64,000 nucleotides of DNA, from contig JBHGNT010000022.1 in the NCBI GenBank assembly GCA_043228905.1, positions 372,001 to 436,000 on the forward strand. Direction: 5' to 3'. Made by a program: the position numbers and the translations under genes. Source of the DNA: Azolla caroliniana (lineage: Eukaryota > Plantae > Polypodiophyta). The notes under the pieces are model-generated. The model saw only the letters and a program-made list of their open reading frames with translations, had not been told where the DNA came from and ran no database searches. Below are positions 34,144 through 48,400 of the stretch, one piece after another; the stretch's first letter is position 1, and each line of letters opens with the position of its first letter.

Positions 34144-36307
34144 CTCAGCCCAAAACGTCTTGGGTAGCTTAGCATGTGCTAGCATACTCCGGACCCTCTC
34201 CATTATGGTCCGATTCATCCTCTTGGCTAGCCCATTGAGTTCCGGCGTCTTCGGCATGGTAAATTCGAGCCAGATTCCCTTCAAGCGGCAGTACTCCTCG
34301 AACTACCCCCGGTATTCTCCTTCGTTATCTGCTCAAACCACCTTCAACTTCCGGTCAGTTTCTCTTTCCACTCTTGCGTGGAGCTCCTTGAAGACGGATA
34401 ACACCTGATCCTTCCTCTTCAACGGTGTGGCCCACAGCTTCCGGTTGTGGTCATCTATGAATGTCACGAAGTACTGCGATCTGACATGTGACTTCATGTC
34501 CACTTGACACACATTGGTATGCACCAGCTCCAGTGGTGCATTACGTCTCATCAGTGGCCTTGAGCGGAAGGAGGTCCGGTTTTGCTTACCGACCAGGCAG
34601 TCGGTGCACTTCTCACGATGCACGTCTCTCACCGGAATGAGGTTGTCATCGACAAGCCTCTTCATCCCCTTCTCTCTCATGTGACACAGTCTCTTGTGCC
34701 ACAGCTCAGCAGCAGTGTCGGAAGCAATGTTCACTTCTTCCGGGCATAACCGGGCATTCATCAGGTACAATGTGTTGACCTTCCGGGCCAGAGCCACTAT
34801 CAGGCTCCCCCTGCTGAACTTCATAACACCGTTCCGGATGCTACCCGTGTAGCCTTCATCGTCTAGCCAACCGGCTGATGTCAAGTTCAGTCGAACCTCC
34901 GGAACGTGTCCGACATCCTTCAGTAGCAACTTGCATCCGGTTGGTGTTGTCCACCACACGTCTCCTATGCTAACAATTCAGCATGTACCTTCATTCCCCG
35001 TCTGCTCACCGGTTGTGTAGGATGAGAAGCATTTCCAGTCCGGGGTCAGGTGGAACGACACTTCGGAGTCGACCGCCCACGTTGTCTCGTCGCTGGTAAG
35101 GTTCAACTCACTCTCCTTGGTGATGAGCATCAACTCTTCTTCACTTGCCACGATTGCCGTCGTTCCCTTCAGGTCCGGTCCTCTCCGGTCTTTACCGTTC
35201 CGTTCTGGTGACCGTTTCGAATCGGTACTGTCGGTTTCCTTGTCTTTCCGGAAATGCCGACAGTTCTTCTGGAAGTGTCCCGACTTGCTGCAATAGAAGC
35301 AAGTAGGCCTCCCCCTTGACTTTGACCGTATCCCCGACTTTTCCCGGTTCTGGGGACTCCAGCTCCTTTGTCTTCCACGTTCCGATTCGGTAAGGAGCGC
35401 TTTGGAGTCAGAGCTCGTATCCTTGTCTTTCCGACACGCCTCCTCATCTAGCAAGCTCGACTTGACTCTTGCTAGGGATAACTGTTTTCCTTCCGGCCCG
35501 GCGTTGCCCAAAGTGACAACTAACGTTTCCCAGCTATCTGGGAGGGAACCGAGCAGGAGCAATGCTAGTACCTCATCAGCGAGAGGTACTTCCAACGATG
35601 TTGCCTGGTGAATCAGCCCTTCGAAGGCATTCATGTGCTCCGCCATACTGGAGTCATCTTGGTACCGGAGTCTTACTAGCTTCCGGAATACCGAAACCCT
35701 ATTAACAGCATTTTTGTTCTGAAACATAATGTCGATCTTCTCCCAGAGCTCATGAGCTTGCTCTCTTCATTGAAGTTGTTGTATAGGCTCATGTCGATGA
35801 AGCACTGAATGTATGTTGTTGTCTTCATGTGCATCACCTCCCACACTGTGGCATCGATCTTGTTTGGTCTCTTGTCCCCGAACTGAACCGGCAACCAAAG
35901 ATCTTTGACCACTAGCATATCCCTCATCTTCGACTTCCACACTGAGTAGTTGGAGCTGGTGAGCTTGAACATGCCGCCGAACGATTTCTTCCATTTCCTG
36001 TGTTGTTTGCTCTGATACCAAATTGTAGAGAATATGCGGAATAATGCTCAACCACAACCGAGTCTTCAATCACTTGGTTGAGAATTACAAACACAGAAAT
36101 GGGAATGTGGAGATAGATACACGTATACACAAAACACTGAAAGAGAGTACACAGTATGTTTACGTGGAAAACCCTAAACGGGGAAAAACCACGGGAGCCC
36201 ACAAACTCCAAACTATCACTATGTAAAGATTACAATAATAAGTCATAGAGGCAACGACCTCGTGCTCTCAATCTTTGCCAACAGGCAGTTACAACAGAGA
36301 CTGTTCA

Positions 36308-36365
<58 letters not shown>

Positions 36366-36646
36366 TACGCTCTATTACGCTCTGTACAACAGTTACACCA
36401 ATAACTCTATACAATAATAATGACAACACCGCCATCATGATAAAGTGTTTGCCCTAGGTCATATTTATACTAATATGACTTTAGGACTATTTACAAATAT
36501 AGCCCCAATGGGCTCTCAGAAACATATTTACATATATGTCCCTTCATCCAGTGAGAGGTTCTCACCGGGTCTTCCTTGTCGGGTACTCATCATTCGGTTC
36601 TCACCGGACCTTCATCATCCCATCCGGAGGGACCGAAATCCTAATA
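34144..36646 (-). mobile_element. Truncated Ty1/Copia (5' LTR 36024-36646, iMet PBS 36009-36020, gag-PR-partial INT)
   Basis: ORFs 35676.., 34978.. and 34333.. closely match the 10902 Copia; TGGTATCAGAGC on minus; fused to A gag with no 3' LTR; (CT)n at 36311-36360 in the LTR. Confidence 0.9.
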
Positions 36647-39600
36647 GGACTCTACTACAATTATTGCAGAAGCTGCCTCAAAAGATGAGATACCCGCCAC
36701 GATAGCTCAAATTAAGAAGAACTTGCGGAAACAAATTTTGTTTATGATACTGTAAAGTTAGCGGATAGAATTGCAAAGTTATCTTGGTGTAGTTGTTGTT
36801 AATGAGAGATGATAGTTGTGGGCTATCCAAAGCGCCCCACCGCGATTTATTCCAAGCGGAATGCGCATCATGGAATGTTTGGTGTCTACAAATGCAGTAG
36901 GTGTAGCAGGTGTTGTAGTACAAAAATTTCCCATCCATGTTCTGTTAAATAAATTCCTTAGTTTGGGCTCTTGCAAATCTTGTGGAAATGTCGTGAGCAA
37001 TGTTGAGCTTCTTTCTTTGTTACTTCTTCTCTACCAAAAGCTTTGAGCGGTGGTGATCTATTAGTAGTATCTAAGGTAACATCCATAGATAAGCCTCTAT
37101 CTATTATTTCATTAACCTCACTTTGTTAAAGAATGAGGAAATTAACCTTAGTGTTTAATATACTTAAACAAATTAAATAAGCAAGTGGCTTGTAACATAT
37201 GAGTTGTATATTATTCTATGTACTTTTTCTTAACTAATGGAAGTAGAATTGTTTTGGACAAAAAAAAAAACACTTCAATTAATATAGGAGATCAAGCTCA
37301 CATAAAAAATTAGTGAAAAGCTTAGCATTAAACACTAAGCACTAATTCTTTATCGAGAGAGAGTTTGTCTTCACTCTAGAGAATGGAAAGAATCCTCAAA
37401 GGAGCTTTTCATTAGCTTTTATACTTCTTAAACATGTAAGAGCTTGTCCTCTTTCACATTATGGGGGCATATGACCCTTTCCTAGGTTTTGAACTTGTTT
37501 CCTTTATTACATGTCAATGCCCATGTTCATGCCAGTAAAGCATAAGTGATAAAGCGCATGGAAAGTACTTACAGTAACTTAACAATCCCCAAGGTCAATG
37601 CCTTTCTATGAAAGTTGGGGACATTTTGAATAGTGCACAAACCCTTTGTGAAATAAAGCTTTTCGTGGATGAGACATTGGTGCATGCTTTGTGATCACAT
37701 CTAGGGCACCTCTTGAGTCTTGACCATCGTTGTATTTCCAGTTAAGGTGTTGCAACACTTTGTTCCATTCAATTAGGACATGAGTGGTTGAGGGGTCAAC
37801 CAACCCATGAGAGATCCTCCAACATGAAATAATATAACTTCCTAAAACACATTAGTCCAATTTCCAAAATGATCACTTCTAGGGTGGGTACATTGCAAGC
37901 ATAGACGTTCATTAATGCACCTTTTCAACAAAATCATGAGTCATATTGTACATTCAATCGTGTTCTAGTGGATAGATAAACCAAAAGTGTAAATGGGGTA
38001 TTTGAAATTTTGAATATATGTTGTGTGCATAACTGACAAATACCAAACAAACAAATCTCACTACTAGAGAGTGTGCATAATATTGTAAAACATTGTTTGA
38101 CAATGTTAGACCTCACATGTGGATGTACAGCTTCCAATCACTATTGGATTGAGTATAGAGAAATTCTTTGAATTTGTCAAAGAACATATACACATATTGT
38201 GTAGGTTTTGAAGTAAGGGAATGAAGTGTAACATAGACTTCCTAAGAACTCTAGGAATCTTAAGATTAGTAGAGTTCCAAAGTTGTCAATACATTATTAT
38301 GGGTGTTTTGAATGTTATCCAAGAGGGGTTTCTTCCATGTTAAGAGAAATACACAACCGAAATTGTCTAGTTAATAGGTAAATATCATTCTCACTAATTT
38401 AAAAATATACATTCTAAAATAAATACCAATTATTCTTCAATGACTTTTGTGGAACTTTCTACAATTGTATAGAAATGTGAGTTGTTTTCCCTACATAGCT
38501 AATTGACATATAGCCTAATCTTAGAATTTACTTCCATTCATATTGTGTTGAACAAAGTTTCTTCACTTTTTGAGCCCTTCCACATGGAAGAGAACCTTTG
38601 AATGTCGTATATCTCCACACACGAGGGGTTAATAGCATATTCTCTAGAAACAATAAATCAAAACAAAATGTGCTATTACTTCCACCTACAAGTGTTTTAT
38701 ATCAACTTATCTCTATAAGGGTTGGAGGTACAACAAAGACGAAAATGTTGCTTTCTCCAAGGCCTACTATGAATGGATGTTTTGTAATGTGAGACTTCTA
38801 ATTGGATGGACCCATTTTTCTCCTTGTCTTCTTTAACATTGTGGAAGTAACCTAGAGAACTTTCACCTTCACATCACACATTATTTCTAAGTCCATGCCA
38901 TTCGATACAACATGCATTGAGTTGGCACCCACTTCCCTCCTCTTCGGCCCTTTTAGCGAAACTAACCTAATAACTAGTATTTCCTACAAATTTATATTTT
39001 AAATCTATATTGCAAAAACCTAAAGCATGGAAAACTTTAAGAAACTATAAAATGACTTTTCAATGTCTTGATCTCCCACAACAAGAATACACTATACCCA
39101 TAGTATAATGCAATGGACTGCCTCTTATTCTCACATGGATTGATGATGTGTTATGAATTGACATATACTATAGAGAGTGGACGAAAGGGGAGATACAACT
39201 AAGAAATAAAATGTTTAGGCTTTTTAGAAGGTTCGACAATTCCCCTAAAACATTAAATAAAAAAGGTGGGCGTTGATTTATTTATCTATAAATAAGCATA
39301 GCCTTTCGGAGAGCTTTTCATATAGGCTTCTAATTCATCGTACAAAGGCTTTTCAAACCAAGCTTCTAAGATGCGTTACAACAAAGTTTTAGACCACAAC
39401 ACGGTTCTAACATCACACTATCTTAAATATATAAAGTGTTGGTTCACAATGCTTGAAATTTATAACAATCTTCAAGGCCATATACAATGAGTGCAACATC
39501 CACTTTTCCCTACGAAAACAATTACAAGTGCCAATCCAATGGATCGAAAGCATCAAAGTGATGTTCGAAATAAAGGAGAACAAGAAAAGAAAGTGTGTGA

Positions 39601-40431
39601 ACTTCCCATCGAGAAATGAACATTAACGGTCTAAAATGTCTGCTATTAAGAGTAGCGATTTTTACCCCCAAATGGCCTATGGCCTTGGATCTAGTAATAA
39701 AAAAGGTCAATGATGGATGAATGCCATCACTCTTAAAAAACAAAAAACCAAAAAAAGGAAGCAATTTGCGAAAGAAGAAAAAGCTAGTGAAACAAATGTG
39801 AAGGTGTAGACATGAGACTAATCAATTCTAAAAGGTGTCAAAAGGTCCTTCCAAATACATTACCTTTACTCTCATGTATATGAAACATTGAATGTATACA
39901 AGAAGAAGAAAAGAGGAAAAAGGTACATCAAATGATCGTACTAAAAGAAAGAAGCGTACATTGTTGATCATGTCGAAAAGTTACATGAACCTATGAACCT
40001 TTTTTCCATTTTCACTGCTCGCTCCATCACTAGTCATATCGAGGAAAAGGAATACATAACGTCGAGCGTTGCTTTTGAGGCGATATGAGATATGACCCTA
40101 AAAAGGACTCTGGGAGACACCATTGTTTTCTTACATAAAAGCTTGTCTTTCTTACCCTCATGAGACTTTTAGATGTGTACACGCGCCATTATTTGCATAA
40201 AAGATGTACACCAATGATCACGTGACAAGCCAACGCGATGGCCACTAACCATGTGATTCTTTATATTCCATGTTACACAAACTGAACTCGATGATAGAAT
40301 TTTCTTTTTTTTGTTCTCTCTCTAGCTAGGAGCAAAATGAGTTCATCAAAGTCCAATGCACAAAATATGAGGTTTTTACACTAAGACTGCATCGATCCAT
40401 GTTTTACAACATTAAAGAAAGGCCAAATCGA

Positions 40432-43400
40432 TCAAGCTCGAGAAGCCCGGGAAGATCGTGAATCGGGAGTCGGTTGGTAATGCGGATTGTCAGTAATATC
40501 TTTGAGGTTTTGGATTTGACCTAAAGTCTCTACCACGTCGTGCATGGTCGGCCTCGCCCGAGGATCTCTACTAAGGCACTGGAAAGCTAGTTGTGCCCCT
40601 TTATATGCACCCTTTTCGGAGTAGTGAGCCAATCGAGGATCGATAAGCCGAAACACTTTCTTCTTCTCACTAAAGTAGGGCCTCGCCCACTCGACCAAGT
40701 TGTGCTCTCCGCTTGGCCTCGATTTATCCACAGATCTCTTCCCAGTTAGGATTTCAAGTAGCACAACACCAAAACTGTATACATCGCTCCGTGCTGTAAG
40801 ATGTCCTGTAAAAAAAAAAAAATGGTGTATGTGAGAGACTACCCAACCAAAGACTCACTCATATAGCATATATTATATGCAGCAAGTCGGAGCTCGATCC
40901 TTGTTTTGGTATCAGTAGCTAAACAGCTTTCAGATCACATTTGTTCACCATTGAAACCTAAGGCTTGTAAAACATATCCTGGTTATCAACTTGAAATACC
41001 GGTGTTACAGTGTCGCAACATTACCCAATAAGATAAGCTTCCTTTAAAGCAAGGATTCACACATATACAACTCGAACTTGAACCCTAGGCCCATATACCA
41101 GTCATCGTCATCTATTGTAAACAAGCATTATCCAACATGCTAAGTGCCCCTAATGCAAGCATTCATTCTACAAAAGTTGTATATCTGAAACCCATACTTG
41201 TCATCTACTATAACCAGCAGTGTGACAACATTCCCCCAATGCAAACAATATGGAGCTTCCTTTAAGAAACAGATTTGAAGAATAAATCCCACATACCAGT
41301 CATTACATACTCGGGAGCTGCATATCCATAGGTTCCCATGACCCTTGTAGAGACATGGGATTTGTCACCTTCTGGCCCATCCTTAGCGAGTCCAAAGTCG
41401 GAGAGCTTTGAATTGTAATCCTACACAATGCCCCCTCTAATTTCAGGCATGACGAGCATGAGCACTTTATGCTAAAATGTAGAAATATGGAATCACATCC
41501 TTACCGCATCGAGAAGTATATTAGACGCCTTGAAGTCCCTATAGATGACAGCCTTCTTCCTCCCATGAAGAAAAGCAAGGCCTTCGGCAGCTCCACGTGC
41601 CACTTTCATCCGAGTTTCCCATGATAGAGGCATGGCACCTCCTGAGTCATCCCATACCATGAACAAATACTCTCGATTTAAATACTTAACAATTAATAGC
41701 TATGATTTCACATTTTTTTGTAACACAATACCGGGACGAGGGGGCAGGGGTTGAACACCAAAATACCCCTAGCTTTTTGTACAAGGCAAGCTAATTCTAG
41801 TATTTTTTGTTGAAAACCTAGGGTTATTCTCCTAGATATCCAACAAGCTTTGAGAATTTTGGTGTTTTTCCCTCTGTATTACTGGTGGAAAATCCTCTCT
41901 CTCACACACACACAGGGATCCATGGTAACTTACGCCGAAAAAGATGGTTTTCGAGGCTTCCTCGTTGCATGAATTCATAGACCAATAATCTCTGGTCATT
42001 CTCTATACAAAAGCCTATAAGCTTCACAAGATTGGGATGGTGAAGTTGACTAAGATAATACACTTCGGCCTACACATTAAAATACAAGCAGGAAAAAAAG
42101 GGATCATAATTAAACTCACTTAATTGCATACAGAAATATTAAAAAAATCCAGAACTACTTTACCAGCCATTCATTGTGACCTTGCAGGCTGTTTTTGTTG
42201 AGTGTTTTCACAGCTACAGTAAGCCCTGTTCCAGGTTTAACTGGTGAAGTGCCATATTCATCCACCCAGCCTTTGAAAACACACCCAAATCCTCCTTCGC
42301 CAAGAAGACTATCAGGTCGAAAATTTCGAGTTGCTACTCGGAGATCAGAATAACTGAACTTCCTTAGATGGGATCGTGCAAGAAGTTCTTCCTCGCCACG
42401 GGGAGTATAGGGGGTTTCGCTTCCATCCATGCTTTGCTCAGATGGAGGGACCTTGCATACTTGAGCTGCATCACATACATTTATGCATTACATATAAACG
42501 AACAAATTGATTAAAACCTCGAACCGGGGATTCTGTGGAAACAACCCAATTTGGTTCGATATTGTTCCCTACAGTGCTCAACATTATGAACCGTTGCAGG
42601 CGCAGAGAAAATATATAACTAGGTTACCTCTTTCCTCCACCTTTTTCTTAAATTATTCAACATTATGAGCTTCTTCATGTGATGCAAGGTGAAACCGGAA
42701 GATAGTTGGCTAGGCAAAACCAAATTTTGTCAATGTTTTCTCCCCTACATACATTGTTCAACATTGTGAGGCTGTGGAGTCAGAGGATACCCTGGCTAGT
42801 GACTAATTTCCCTCATCTTTCTCTTTGTAGTGCCCAATGTTTGTGAAGCGGTGCACACCTAGTTAGGTGGTGACAATTTTGCATTGGTGGTGACAATTTT
42901 TTCATTATCTTCATTCACCACAACGATCTCAGCACTATGCGGCGAGCATAAGCAAACTAGGTGGCAACTTTCCCTCATGTTGTTCCCTAGAATCGTCGAC
43001 ATACGAACTTCTACAAGCAAAACAGGAGCACATCTCGCTGGTTCACACAATTTGTACCATTTACATTTTTCCTAGAATCATCGGCATACAAACTTCTAAA
43101 CTTCTACAAGCAAAACGGAGTATATATTGCTGATTCACACAATTTGTACCATTTACATTTTTCCTAGAATCATCGACATACGAACCTCTCCAAGCAAAAT
43201 GGAGTATATCTCGCTGGTTCACACAATTTGTACCATTTACATTTTGCCTATAGTCATCATCGACATTAAATTGAATAGTACTCTGGACAAGCACTTTTAT
43301 TCAATGTTCCCTAACATTATGGGGTTTCAGCTGAGCATATTCGGCTATGTTGTCACTTTCCCTCAGCTTTTTGCTTATAGTATCCAGCATTTAACAGCTG

Positions 43401-44458
43401 CTTCTATATACAAGGTGGACAAAAACTATAACCTAACTAGGTAACCAGTTTCATTTTTTTTGTAGCATGAACAAGGAGATTATGTTAGAAAATGATCACT
43501 TCCACTCCACATTTTTCTCGCATTATGAGGTCCTGGGACATACCTATTCAGTTTTCCCTTGGTGTTTCCTCCTCTAACGACGTCTATGTTATGAGCCTTT
43601 GTGGGCAAAACAGAGCATATGTATGTAGCTACGAGTGTTTTGTTCATTTTGAGGGGCAAATGAGGCAATTTTCCGAGTGTTCACACTTATATTTGGCTAT
43701 ATAATGTTTAGCATAATGAGCTTTGAAAGATCCCTACATGAATTTCCCCTAATGTTATGCTTATCTCTTAGCATAATCAAAATGCCTAACAGTATTAGGA
43801 TTGCATCATGATTCTCTTATCCTAGGTTCCTATAATGATTTGACATTATGAGCTTGTTCTTCCCCCCCTTCCATTCCCCTAACGTCTTGATATCTCATCT
43901 AATCTGACTATGGTAGTGTTTCATCACAATGAGCTTCCAAAATTCCCTCCCTTGTTTCTCCTTATCTTTCTGCATATAGAAGCTCCATAAATGATCAGCT
44001 CAAATTTCACTCAATCGATTCAATGTGTTGAATTACTATATTACCGTGAAAAGAGATCTATTTGTATGCACCATAGAAAGAAGTTTTATCAAAATAAGAT
44101 TTGGAAAGACGAGGCAAGAACAAGAAACGACGAAGAAGAAAGAGTTTGGAGAGATTATGTATGTACCCGCAGGGCTATCCATAGAAGAATTCTCAACTTT
44201 GGCAGGTGCTGTCCAACAATTCCATGTCCAGTTCCACCATTGAGAGAAATTATCAAGAAGGCCGCATCTATAGAGGCAATGGTCGTCCTTATGATTATGA
44301 TGAGGATAACAACAACTACCACATCCATATCTAGAAGAGCTATGGTGATGATGATGATGGTTAGAAGAGGAGGAGGACTTGGAGAGATGGTTTCTGTTAG
44401 GATTAGTGGAGGAAGACAATGATGAAGAAGAGGAAGAAGTGGGCACATCGGGATCCAT
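40432..44458 (-). CDS. Receptor-like cytoplasmic Ser/Thr kinase, RLCK-VII/PBL family (PIX7-like), 454 aa; exons 44167-44458, 42164-42465, 41934-42069, 41505-41641, 41297-41420, 40432-40805
   Basis: GT-AG junctions are all in phase (1365 nt total). Motifs [92 protein letters not shown]. Exon 1 is the least certain. Confidence 0.93.
42985..43265. repeat. Tandem repeat (~85-bp unit, 3 copies) in kinase intron 1
   Basis: Repeated CCTAGAATC(A/G)TCGACATACGAAC...GGTTCACACAATTTGTACCATTTACATTTT. Confidence 0.85.
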
Positions 44459-44757
44459 GTCTACTACTCCCTATCTCTCTCAATCACTCACTCTCGCTCA
44501 GTTAGCATAAAATGTTTGCGAGAAGAGGGCCAAGAAATCATGGCAGCTTTGGAAGGAGGGGGAGGAAGAGATACAGAGGAGAGATTTAGAGAGAAGGGTG
44601 TGGGCTACTACTAGTACTCCTCCAAGGTGAGGAGGAGATGGAAGGAAGGAAGGCTGCAACAAAAAAAGTGCAGAGATAGACTGGATTGGGGGAGAGAGAC
44701 AGAGACAGGGATAGAGTTAGGGATGCAGAGCCTGCAGACATCCATTCATTCTCTTTC

Positions 44758-45175
<418 letters not shown>

Positions 45176-45393
45176 AGAAAGAGAGATGGATATGGTTAGT
45201 TCAGGTCATCGGCTCGATGCCCAGGTAAGAGAGTCGAGGCTTGAGCATTGTAGTGTCAAAGGCTAAGGCTGAAGAAGAAGCGATTGTGTGGGTTTTTTCT
45301 TAGCCGACAATGTGTTGTGGCCACAACAAGTAAAGAGGAATCTGGACCAATGCCAACTGTTTTGCGAGCAAGCATCCAATTTGTGGGGGCTAT

Positions 45394-45437
<44 letters not shown>

Positions 45438-48400
45438 TGTTATCATCTTCTAATGACGAAATGGCCTATGGGACCTCTATCGTTCCGAATTTATCAAAAG
45501 GTGAGCCTATGCGACCTATGTGGCTCCCAAATTATGTGATGTATCCAAAGGGAGGACAATAACCACGTCAAGTGTGTGCGTCGCGTGTATGCATGCATGT
45601 GTAGAGACATTGAAGTTATATATCTCTAGTTATTATGAAGTGGCAACTTGGGTAACGAGACGTTAATATATCTCTCTTTCTCTCTCTCTCAATAGTGATT
45701 GAGACAGAGAGAAATAGATAGAGTTTATTATCATCCTCGGAGACCAAATATTGACATGTGGGACCTTATACCGCTCTAAATTTATAGGATGTCCTAAAGG
45801 CACAAGAGATACATCGAATGAGTTGGGGGATGTGTCATTTGTGTGTGCGCAGCAGACAAGAAAGACATTGAAGGTATATAGTGTTGTATTAAACATAGCA
45901 ACTTGCAAGCTATGTAAGAAAATCATGTGCTGCAGTTATGACTTTACTAGATTCCATTGTGAAATGTAGCAACCTGCAGAGTTAGTTGACCGCATGAATC
46001 AATATTCAATAGACAACCTTACCAATTAAGCCACAACTATATGCACTTGGACACTCTCTTCTCTTACAAAATGTAGGAGGATCACATGAGTTGCTCTTGG
46101 TGGTGAAATTTATTGAATAAATATGTGTTCGTTTTTAACGAATGAATCTTTTTCTTATACACGTGTTAATGTAATCTATTCCATTATCGATATTAAGGAT
46201 AGAGTTCAAATCCCAACCATGGCGTGTCTCTATTCTATAATATAACACGCTTCTTGAACTACAAACAACATCTAGGTGTCAAACTCAACAACCTAATACT
46301 CTTCAAATAGTTAACATTGCTCATTTAAAGCAAACTTTTTAGTTCTAGATGCATACAACATGAACAAATGATAATTTGGTTGTGACGATGCAATGCATTA
46401 CACTTGCTCCGTCCATTAGTGAAGCTTCACATTGCTCTGGCACGATTAACTAACAACTATCTTTGTGTTAGATCATTGTGAGGCATCAAATGGATCTACA
46501 CCATTTTCAGGCAAAGAGTGGGTGTCAACCACTTTTGAGCATATCTTACAAAGAACCCTAGCCTACCTCTTAATCGCACTTGTCTTTCTTAAACCTAACG
46601 ATGAGAAATCAACACATGATGCAACAATGGTCGCATATTTCCTCATTGATTTCATGCATACAAGAAAGAGATTTACCTGTTTAAAAAGAAAAGTTAAGAG
46701 TCAAGACTTGATTTCAAAGTAGTTGGGCTTAGCTTGGTTGTGTGCATGTGCACATGCGAGAGAAAGGTCAAAAAATGAAGAAGTAAAAAGCCCATGCTTC
46801 CAAATTTATGCTTCTTTTACATTTTATAATTATACTTTTTGTCCTTTTACACTTCTAGACATTAAGCTCTACACCGGGATTTATGAATAGTCTCTTTATT
46901 GTTGCTTTACACTATTATTGGCATCATCAAGGGAAGTGTTCGGGATAATATATATGGTCACTACTTAACTTGATGCTTTTCTGCAATGCCAATGTATCAC
47001 GACTTGGGAAAAACATGGAGTCCATATGTAGCACCAAACTACAAAAACATTTTTTCACAAATTCGGAACCACACTCACCAATACATGCTACAACCCGTCC
47101 ATTTTATCGGCCATCGCACCATTGCATGGATACAACGAAGTTCATTCTCTTCGATTGGTCATTGGGGCACATGCAAGGATCATTCTCGGCTACATATATT
47201 TTACATTGAATGAGTTCATGAATCTATCACACCTTGATACAATGCTCCGTTCTTTGACCACATTCAAGTTTATAGTGTTAATGTAGTCCAATCCTTAGAC
47301 ATCATCAAAGTATTATGTGCTATAACTTGTATAATAGTTTTATCTTTCACATCTCCCGGCTTGGTGGTTTACACCATATCATCAAAGTCATAATTTTGAG
47401 AGAACCCAAGTTTGGTTCTCACTATGGGTTACACCTCATCCCATAGATCACAATAAGTTTCTTGTGGACGTTATAAAACTCTCCCCCTCTACCTTTCTCA
47501 TGTGTAGAAAGTAAGGTCATTTTCATTCAATTATCTTTCTTTTCATAGTTACAAATTACAATAATATGACATTATAGCCTCTTCCCTAAAGCAAAGAATT
47601 ACGATTGCCGTGCATGGAGTACAAATGCATACTTGTAGGTTACTTTTTGTGCTTTATTTTTCAAGCCTTGAAGAGGACACACTTTTGTCGCTAACTCAGT
47701 ATTCAATCAATAGAATAGAGTGAGGAATATCTGAATCCTTGCATTTTCTTAAATTGAGTGAATATGGGTAATGTGCTTTTTAATGTACCAAAATACCCTT
47801 ATATTTTAATTAAGTAAAATCAACACAGATTAGTAGACATGTGAGAGCAATAAGTCTATTGTAATGTTATCTAGATCCAAGAATACCATTTCTTATGAGT
47901 GGCTCACAAATTGCAACTTTTAGTTAACACATCGTAAAACTTGAATATAATTAACAATCACATAATTAGAAAATCACATTATCATGATTTGTAGGGGTAT
48001 TTAGGTAATTTGTCGATAAGGCCGGGGCATTCCAAAGTTTTTCTCCCCTAAAAATAAAGAAATTAAAAGCTTTCAAGCTCGACGTCAAGGTCAAGATCAG
48101 GGCCGTTTGGCCATAAAACATCTACCTTGCATTTCGTCGTTGAATGTAAAATATAATACCCCTAAATTTTTGTGATTTCCACACATGCTTCTAATCAAGT
48201 ACCTTTTGAGTAGTTATATGTGATACTTGAGCAACTACATGTTCTATTTGTCCCCTTTCCTCTTTATCGGGTTTGGCTAGGGGCATGTGGAGAATATTGA
48301 GAACGTTGGGCCATTCATGACATTTCAAAGTTATCCCAATGGTATCAATATAACCTGATCATATTTTAATAATTTAATTATGATTTCTTACACACAATCG

